From: Cuniculiplasma divulgatum
GTDB taxonomy: Archaea; Thermoplasmatota; Thermoplasmata; Thermoplasmatales; Thermoplasmataceae
DNA: 32,000 nucleotides
Assembly (NCBI RefSeq): GCF_900083515.1
Contig: NZ_LT671858.1
Location: 990,001 to 1,022,000, forward strand
Reading direction: 5' to 3'
The translations under genes were made by a program, and so were the position numbers. The notes beneath the pieces were generated by a model, which worked only from the letters and a program-made list of their open reading frames with translations, was not told the DNA's origin and made no database searches. Shown here piece after piece: positions 26,219-32,000 of the stretch (positions within the stretch are counted from its first letter, which is position 1; each line of letters starts with the position of its first letter).

Positions 26219-27232
26219 TTAATTTGTTTTCTTACTTGATACACTGCTTTTTGATCTGAAGAAAGACGAAAATAGAAGTCCATTGAAGATCAGAAGTATG
26301 GAAAACGCAAGGCTCACTGCCAGAGTTGATGGTGCATTTATTCCAAACCCGAAAAGATAGTTAAAACCAATGGAACCTCCAACATTTGAAATGGAAGATA
26401 GTGGAAGGCCAAGGGCTGCATCCAGTATCATTGCTATGGACATAAATATAGAACCATAGGCAAGCCCCATTCTTGCTGTTTCCTTTAGCTTATCTTTTGT
26501 CAGTAAATATCCAAGCATTGAAACTATCATCCCTGCAGTGAAGACCAACAGAAGTAGCCAGTGAAGATATCCTGAACTTCTAAGAAGACTGTCATCTGTG
26601 ATCAGGAATAGTGCAGAACCCATGGAAACGATGAATGACAAATATCCCATTGCGGCTAAGTTTTTGCGTCTAAGAACCATTGGTACAATTGCTGCCAGTA
26701 AAAACAGGATTATAACAGAAGATCCGGCTATATCTGTTCCATAAAGAGCAGTGAAGGACTTGGATGGTGTAACAGGAGGAGGAGTGGTGCTGGATGCATG
26801 TCCAGTAACGGAAACTGAAAGAACGGCAGGTGAACTGGATGGATCATCTCCTGTCGCATTAATAAACACGTGATAGGTACCATCACTAACTGTTGATGCT
26901 ATTGAAATAGTCATTGTCCCTGTGTATGGTGGATCACCACCACTGTTGCTGAAACCGATCGTAAATCCGCTTAAAGAATTGGATGAAAGGCTGGTGCCCC
27001 AGGTGGTTCCAGACGATAGCTCAACTGTATATGAGTCGGTAGTGGAAGATCCAGGAGTAATGGATACGGAATTTTTACTTAATGTAATACTAGACGTTCC
27101 ATCAGAGAATGGATTATAATTTCCATTCCTGTCTCTGGTATCATGTGCATTATCAACATTTATCATTGAAATGACCATAATACTCACTATGACAAACAGA
27201 ATAATAGTTAGTAATTTATTGTATTTATTCAT
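26219..27232 (-). CDS. Membrane protein: signal-anchor, Ig/CARDB-like S/T-rich ectodomain, Pro/Thr linker, then about 6 TM helices
   Basis: This is a 337-aa protein. The ectodomain reads ITLSKNSVSITPGSSTTDSYTVELSSG...GTYHVFINATGDDPSSSPAVLSVSVTG and the linker is TTPPPVTPS. The first C-terminal helix ends in LRRKN (residues 187-191), like the terminal anchors of the large surface proteins, and five more helices follow. Confidence 0.7.
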   Translation of the reverse strand: MNKYNKLLTIILFVIVSIMVISMINVDNAHDTRDRNGNYNPFSDGTSSITLSKNSVSITPGSSTTDSYTVELSSGTTWGTSLSSNSLSGFTIGFSNSGGDPPYTGTMTISIASTVSDGTYHVFINATGDDPSSSPAVLSVSVTGHASSTTPPPVTPSKSFTALYGTDIAGSSVIILFLLAAIVPMVLRRKNLAAMGYLSFIVSMGSALFLITDDSLLRSSGYLHWLLLLVFTAGMIVSMLGYLLTKDKLKETARMGLAYGSIFMSIAMILDAALGLPLSSISNVGGSIGFNYLFGFGINAPSTLAVSLAFSILLIFNGLLFSSFFRSKSSVSSKKTN

Positions 27233-27350
27233 AATTATTATATATTCTAATTATAGTATTTAAAACTTATTTAGTTCAATTTTGAGCAGAAAAGGCTTAA
27301 GTAATATAAGAAAAAGATGAAGAAGTAATATACCCTGAAGGTAAAGAAAT

Positions 27351-29285
27351 TTAAGGGGTGGGTCCTAACATGGAAACATACATTGTATGTCCATAGTATG
27401 ATTCTGGTAATGATAATTCTACCAATGGAACATCAAAAAATGAATCTATCCTGAATTGCAGGTGAAGGATGGAAATTCCGTTCAATATATGAACTCCTGA
27501 ATATGTCACATTTGTTGTTTCTTTAACTGATCTTGCCGTGACATTTATGTTATGAAGATTATAGGGGATAGTACCATTCGGAAATGTTATGTTAAGATAA
27601 TAAAGACCCGGTATCATTACCTGCGGGTACAGGTTAATCATAGACCCATTATGTTTATGGGAAATGGCTGTAAAGTTATTAATCAAAGATATAGGTGTGA
27701 AATAAACAGGGGTATGATTGTAATTTTTGGCGAGTAGTATAAAACCATCCTGAAATGCTTCGATTCCATAATTCCCCCTTGAATATAGAACATTCATTGC
27801 CTGGCACATATCCAGACTGCTGCCGGTATTGAAGCAATTTATATCATATGCAAGGGCGTACTCCACATTTTGAGTTTCTGTCAGATTCTGAAGTCTATAG
27901 CTTAAATTACTATTATATCCAGATAGGGATTGAAATGCCCCAAGACATGAAAGCGATGGATCGTGGACATCAACATATGGGAGGTTGTTTTGATATATAA
28001 CGTAGGGGTTATTCTGCGGAATCAGGTTTGTTATATTAATATAGTCATCATAAACTTTCAGGCTCGGATGCATAATGTCCATAGCAAATGGCTCCGATGA
28101 ATATGCGTTTAATGGACTGTATGGCTGGAATATGACGGCAAACAGAATTACCGAAGCCATAACAGCTATGGGCTTTTTCTGTGACCTGACAGTATTCCTC
28201 AACCTTTTAAAGTAATTATGGGCAGTTTCCCCCATATGCTCTTTCTCTTCTGAAACTCCAGTTCTTAAAACATCAATGAGTCCAAGAAAGATGAAGGGAG
28301 CAACTGCTGCTATGTACTGAAAATGATAAAACGCAGGATAATAGTACACACTGTAATTGTTAAAAAATGCAATAAAGAAGAACGGAAGTGTAAAAATCGT
28401 CCATTTTATTGATTTAAGAGGTATAAGAAGGAGTGGAGAGAAGATAAATACTACAAGAAGCACTTTATCATCTATATTTTTTAAAAAGAGACCCAGTATG
28501 TTACCACTTTTTAGATGGAAATATCCATCAAAATATCCATGCTGGTAGATGTAATATGGTGAGTAAAATATGAGAAAGTATGAAACCACCAGCATTGAAC
28601 TGAAAATTATTAAACTGGCGATTGAGTATTTTAAAAGGGGATCCATATCCTTTTTTTCCATCTTGTTGCGTTTGAGGTATGTTTCAATCAGAATCATTAA
28701 CATTAGAAGGGCTGGAAAAACCAAATATGGAAATCTCACTATTCCTGATAAGAAAAAGAAAATGGTGGAAGAAATATATTTTCCTCTCAGGAACTGGTAA
28801 TAACCCAGTAGAAAGAAAAGAATAAAGAACGCCTGAAAGTGGAAGTTGAAATAATTAAGGCCAGCAAGTGGAAAATATAGAAGATAGGATATGCCAATTA
28901 TCATGGACGCAAACTGGTTTATGGATTTTCTCCTTGCGATCTTGTAGAGGATTAATGATGGGAGACCTAAAAAAATTTCCTGAATAATAAGCATCCCCGT
29001 GATCCCGTCAATAAGGATTAGTGGACTGAATATAATTCTAAGGAGAGAGAAACCACTCATATACATAATGTACTGGGCATAATGATAATGGATTATGGAA
29101 TTCATTGTCAGAGAAATAATCCCTGAGTCAAAGACAAACTGCTGAAAATTAAACTGCTGTAGTATGTCGATGAGAGACCAGAAAAAGATATACACTATCA
29201 AGGCACAGATAACGAAGAATTCATAAGTTTCTACTCTGTAGAGATAGGCCCAAATTGCCGATCCTGTTCTCCTGAAATAATGCAT
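27351..29285 (-). CDS. Polytopic membrane protein, DUF2079/GT-C-fold-like (paralogue B)
   Basis: It shares long identical runs with 5680-7599: FDSGIISLTM, FSLLRIIFSPLILIDGITGML, IQEIFLGLP, SYLLYFPLAG, NNPYVIYQNNLPY, DVHDPSLSCL. The track start at 29312 is a GTG only 6-13 nt from the A/T box. ATG 29285 (MHYFRRTGS) fits the paralogue alignment better. Confidence 0.8.
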   Translation of the reverse strand: MHYFRRTGSAIWAYLYRVETYEFFVICALIVYIFFWSLIDILQQFNFQQFVFDSGIISLTMNSIIHYHYAQYIMYMSGFSLLRIIFSPLILIDGITGMLIIQEIFLGLPSLILYKIARRKSINQFASMIIGISYLLYFPLAGLNYFNFHFQAFFILFFLLGYYQFLRGKYISSTIFFFLSGIVRFPYLVFPALLMLMILIETYLKRNKMEKKDMDPLLKYSIASLIIFSSMLVVSYFLIFYSPYYIYQHGYFDGYFHLKSGNILGLFLKNIDDKVLLVVFIFSPLLLIPLKSIKWTIFTLPFFFIAFFNNYSVYYYPAFYHFQYIAAVAPFIFLGLIDVLRTGVSEEKEHMGETAHNYFKRLRNTVRSQKKPIAVMASVILFAVIFQPYSPLNAYSSEPFAMDIMHPSLKVYDDYINITNLIPQNNPYVIYQNNLPYVDVHDPSLSCLGAFQSLSGYNSNLSYRLQNLTETQNVEYALAYDINCFNTGSSLDMCQAMNVLYSRGNYGIEAFQDGFILLAKNYNHTPVYFTPISLINNFTAISHKHNGSMINLYPQVMIPGLYYLNITFPNGTIPYNLHNINVTARSVKETTNVTYSGVHILNGISILHLQFRIDSFFDVPLVELSLPESYYGHTMYVSMLGPTP

Positions 29286-29400
29286 CTTTTTAATTCCTCT
29301 TGCACATATCACTATATTATTTAAATTTTGAAAAAACGTTAATAAAGAAAAAATAGGAAAATTACTGCGTCTTGCCTTAATGAAATGTTTTTTTCACACA

Positions 29401-29766
29401 TTATAGAATTAGGAGAAATCCACCTATTCCAGAAAGTATTGGTCCTATTACAAATCCTCCACCAAGGAAAAGTATGATTATGCTTAGCACTATTATGAGG
29501 ACGCCATTCTCAAATTTACCCCTCCTTCTATGTTTGTGACCAGCGTTATATATAATTACTGCGAGTACTATCCAAATAATCGGAATAATGGCAAGCACAA
29601 GTGAACCACCTATGATGGCGAGCCCAGCAGGATTAAAGAATATCAAAGATGCTACTCCTCCTATGCCTGCTATAAAAATTGCCAGCAGTACAAGAATGCC
29701 AGAAATCACTGTTAATACTGCACCTAATGTGGTGAGGAAATACCTTAGGTTTGCCTGAGATGTCAT
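29401..29766 (-). CDS. Small 4-TM membrane protein, unknown function
   Basis: This 121-aa protein has four Gly/Ile/Leu-rich helices and a basic loop, HKHRRRGK. It has its own A/T box (TTTATATA, 29787-29794) 21-28 nt upstream of the ATG. Confidence 0.6.
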   Translation of the reverse strand: MTSQANLRYFLTTLGAVLTVISGILVLLAIFIAGIGGVASLIFFNPAGLAIIGGSLVLAIIPIIWIVLAVIIYNAGHKHRRRGKFENGVLIIVLSIIILFLGGGFVIGPILSGIGGFLLIL

Positions 29767-29861
29767 AATAGGACGATACCCTTTCTTTATATAGATATTT
29801 GTATATTTGTAGATTAATTTCTCATAAAGCTAAACTACTAAAAAAATAGTGCGAATAATCG

Positions 29862-31325
29862 TTATTCCCTTATGCCACAAATAATTTTCAAAAAAACTAT
29901 GGCATCTGAAACGTATTCTGATCCGTACTTTAGTTCCAACACTTGAAGTTCTGAATTTGTGGTAATTTTACCGTATTGATTCAACCTGGCGAAGTAAAAT
30001 AATATTGACCCCCACTTAACTTCTTCCTCTTTCTTTGGTGAAAAAAGATACATTTCTATCTCTACCTCCTCAAATTCACATTTAATTAATCTTTCCAGAA
30101 ATGAGAATGGAAATTTGCTACCTTCAATATTATGTTTTACACTGATGTCCGGTTCATTATGTTTTATTATTTTATCTCTTAAATAGTCCATATAGTATGC
30201 AAAACTATCGGTATTCTTGACTAACAACCCGATCTCCAGAACAAAGTAACCTAAATTATTATTCACTACCCCTTCCATTACGAATAAAATGTCCTTATTC
30301 TGAAAATGATCAATGTTATATTTTATCACTCCTATTAAGTCCTCTGGATTACTGGATTTAATAAAAGAGTCAACCGCTGGTTCAATGCACTCAATCGGTA
30401 TCCTTGTTCTGTCATCATAAAGTTTGGCTATTTCTTTATACTCTTTAAGTTCATAAAGAGTAGTTGTTAATCTGCTAAGGTACCATTCGTTTTGATTTAA
30501 TGATAATGCTTTTCTGAAATATGAAATAGACTCTTTCCTTCTTGCAGAATTGTAACTGATTTCTCCCATGGAAAGGTAAAGCAAATCTTCATGAGGCCAT
30601 TCCAAAATAGCGTTTTTGCATAATTCCTCAGCCTTTTCATAAAAACTGTTTTCAATCAGAAATTCTATTTCAACAAGAATTTCAGTGAAAGTTCCTTTAA
30701 TTTCCATAAATCCCTTACGATTTATTTCTTTTTCAGCCTCTTCCCTCTTTTTTGCCTTCATCAGTCTGCGTATCTTCTCCATTCTGAGAAGATTTGATTC
30801 TGGATTGAATCTAATTGCTATATCCAGTTCTTTAATGGATTGTTTTTCCATATTTTGATACTGGAAATACCTTGATAGGATGAAATGCGCATTCCATGAT
30901 GACGGTAAAATTGATATGGATTTCATCGCCATTCTGTAGGCCTCATCTGGCTTCCCCATTCTAAGGAATATATCTGCCATTAGATCTAATGCTTCAGTAT
31001 TCTTACTATTAATTTTGAATACCTCATCCAATGTTTCCATGCACTCCCGGTAAAATGAAAACTGATGAAGCAATCTTGCCTTTAGCATAAGGGACTTTGT
31101 GTTATCAGGGTTTAATTCCACGCTTTTCTTGGCCCATATTAGAGCTTCTCCCTTGTTTCCAGAACTGTTCAGAAGTATGGATTTAAGATAAACTGCTTCA
31201 GGATCCGAATGAGTTACATTCAGAATATCATCTACAATTCTTAACGCATCATTAAAATAACCATTTTCAATTAGCCTAACTGCAAGGGCTTTCTTTTCCT
31301 CAATAGGGTCATAAATTCTTTGCAT
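29862..31325 (-). CDS. TPR-repeat protein with an uncharacterised C-terminal ~190-aa domain
   Basis: This 487-aa protein appears cytoplasmic. It has repeated 34-aa helical-hairpin patterns (e.g. EALIWAKKSVELNPDN, EAYRMAMKSISILPSS, QSIKELDIAIRFNPES, ESISYFRKALSLNQNE). I recognise no catalytic motif. Confidence 0.8.
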   Translation of the reverse strand: MQRIYDPIEEKKALAVRLIENGYFNDALRIVDDILNVTHSDPEAVYLKSILLNSSGNKGEALIWAKKSVELNPDNTKSLMLKARLLHQFSFYRECMETLDEVFKINSKNTEALDLMADIFLRMGKPDEAYRMAMKSISILPSSWNAHFILSRYFQYQNMEKQSIKELDIAIRFNPESNLLRMEKIRRLMKAKKREEAEKEINRKGFMEIKGTFTEILVEIEFLIENSFYEKAEELCKNAILEWPHEDLLYLSMGEISYNSARRKESISYFRKALSLNQNEWYLSRLTTTLYELKEYKEIAKLYDDRTRIPIECIEPAVDSFIKSSNPEDLIGVIKYNIDHFQNKDILFVMEGVVNNNLGYFVLEIGLLVKNTDSFAYYMDYLRDKIIKHNEPDISVKHNIEGSKFPFSFLERLIKCEFEEVEIEMYLFSPKKEEEVKWGSILFYFARLNQYGKITTNSELQVLELKYGSEYVSDAIVFLKIICGIRE

Positions 31326-31332
31326 TTACCTG
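31319..31332. repeat. 14-bp direct repeat TTTGCATTTACCTG, copy 1 (contains the TPR gene start codon)
   Basis: It is an exact copy of 31364-31377. On the minus strand it reads CAGGTAAATGCAAA. Confidence 0.8.
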
Positions 31333-31363
31333 TACAGGATGATTAAAACCTCTCATATTGATA

Positions 31364-31377
31364 TTTGCATTTACCTG
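31364..31377. repeat. 14-bp direct repeat TTTGCATTTACCTG, copy 2 (creates the upstream mini-ORF MQISI)
   Basis: It is an exact copy of 31319-31332, lying 45 bp further upstream of the TPR gene. Its ATG at 31370 opens a 5-codon ORF ending in TGA at 31353-31355. Confidence 0.8.
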
Positions 31378-31554
31378 AATGTTCACCTAACAATGCGAAT
31401 GTACCAAACTTTGATAGAGTAGATTTGCTATGAAAAATAAGAAAGATATAGTAAATAAGTAAATTCTCTTCTTCCAACAAATACTAAAGTGAATCTTTTG
31501 AACCTTTAGTTCCTTGTACCACAACCACTTTAAATATGAAATGAATGATTGATT

Positions 31555-32000
31555 ATGGAAAAAAAATACATAGCGGCAATTGTGGCTGTTATAATAATAG
31601 CTGCCGGGCTGACAGGACTGGTATATTACCAGGCTTCAGAAGCTGCAGCGAATGACGGCCATGTTGCAATGAAAGTGGCAGATTCACCAAACCTTGGTGT
31701 TTCGGGAGTGTTCATGACATTTAGTAAGGTATCGTTGCACAGCAATGTTTCTGGATGGACAAATTACAGTGTGAAATCACAGACTATAGATATACTTGGT
31801 CTGACCACTACAAATGCATCGTTGCTGACAAATATCACACTTAAGGCTGGAACATATACAATGATAAGGCTGTATATAACCAATGTTTCAGTGGACATAC
31901 TGGGATTGAGTGTTAATTTCACGCTTCATGCTCCATTTGCATTCATAAACCACCCATTCAAGGTTAGCGCCCACGGAAACATGAATGTGATAATTGACTT
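31555..32000 (+). CDS. DUF4382-like exported protein, 3'-partial (runs off the window)
   Basis: This ORF is not in the track because no stop lies within the window. My hand translation is MEKKYIAAIVAVIIIAAGLTGLVYYQASEAAANDGHVAMKVADSPNLGVSGVFMTFSKVSLHSNVSGWTNYSVKSQTIDILGLTTTNASLLTNITLKAGTYTMIRLYITNVSV... The N-terminal anchor and the pattern V-x-V-x-D-x-P ... V-x-L-H ... GW ... IDLL-x-L ... L-x-AGTY-x-x-IRL resemble DUF4382 as I recall it. Confidence 0.55.
   Translation, partial: MEKKYIAAIVAVIIIAAGLTGLVYYQASEAAANDGHVAMKVADSPNLGVSGVFMTFSKVSLHSNVSGWTNYSVKSQTIDILGLTTTNASLLTNITLKAGTYTMIRLYITNVSVDILGLSVNFTLHAPFAFINHPFKVSAHGNMNVIID

Noticed and set aside
2987-28800. Short nested ORFs inside large genes: 2987-3175, 3977-4165, 9905-10177, 14732-15118, 15325-15543, 16652-16891, 17446-17658, 18185-18394, 18872-19111, 19262-19570, 20027-20248, 20235-20447, 23751-23951, 24165-24419, 24669-25076, 26922-27119, 27552-27737, 28357-28548 and 28570-28800.
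   Set aside because: Each overlaps a much longer ORF that has recognisable domains or repeats. None has motifs, promoters or an SD of its own.
31326-31400. A possible C/D-box sRNA (GGATGATT ... CCTGA) in the TPR/DUF4382 intergenic region.
   Set aside because: The C box is not a proper RUGAUGA. There are no convincing internal D-prime/C-prime boxes and no terminal stem. The signal is better explained by the 14-bp direct repeat.
1-32000. A scan for CRISPR arrays, tRNA or rRNA genes and other structured RNAs in intergenic spacers.
   Set aside because: I saw no regularly spaced direct repeats and no GC-rich cloverleaf-like islands in the AT-rich spacers. All spacers are short (about 40-360 bp) and look like promoter or terminator DNA. 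A covariance-model scan (tRNAscan-SE, Infernal) would be needed for certainty.

Overview
This is an AT-rich archaeal chromosomal window, roughly one-third GC by eye. The likely host is a thermoacidophile of the Thermoplasmatales or Sulfolobales type. That call is an inference from a thermopsin (peptidase A5) homologue, A/T-box promoters 22-33 nt upstream of start codons, a GAGGTG Shine-Dalgarno inside an operon, and very dense N-x-S/T sequons. The window is dominated by cell-envelope biology. (1) Four very large exported or membrane-anchored proteins are present: 2-1690 (5'-partial), 1899-4436, 9484-14262 and the thermopsin locus 17485-22811. They carry different N-terminal heads (PQQ-like propeller, 14 YVTN blades, thermopsin plus beta-helix) but share the same ~80-aa GLP-x-G-x-x-W...NGTY module, 14 copies in total. 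Three of them also carry PEGA-like units (not 1899-4436), and three (all except 1899-4436) end in a G/A/V-rich TM anchor with a basic tail. (2) A co-directional minus-strand glycan cluster runs from 29285 down to 22961: a GT-C/DUF2079-like membrane protein, an ectodomain-plus-polytopic protein, rmlC, rmlB and a Wzx-like flippase. A diverged paralogue of the DUF2079-like gene sits at 5680-7599 on the other strand. (3) Two insertion sequences have base-resolved ends. An IS256-family copy (7962-9218) has an 8-bp TSD and lies in an intergenic spacer. An IS5-family copy (21068-22463) has a 4-bp TSD and has split the thermopsin gene; removing it in silico restores one in-frame 1308-codon secreted ORF. 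(4) A HEPN/minimal-nucleotidyltransferase toxin-antitoxin pair lies at 4670-5394. (5) A small locus (14505-16248) holds a tandem NTF2-like exported protein, a wHTH regulator and a 3-TM protein. The window also contains an MTHFR-like gene, a TPR protein, a 4-TM protein and a 3'-partial DUF4382-like gene. I found no rRNA, tRNA or CRISPR array. I do not recognise a canonical multi-gene defence or secretion system other than HEPN-MNT. The most promising under-described biology is the shared surface-module family combined with the paired GT-C-like genes, but the support is architectural only and needs HMM and structure searches. The ORF track uses GTG and TTG as well as ATG starts, so several starts were re-evaluated.
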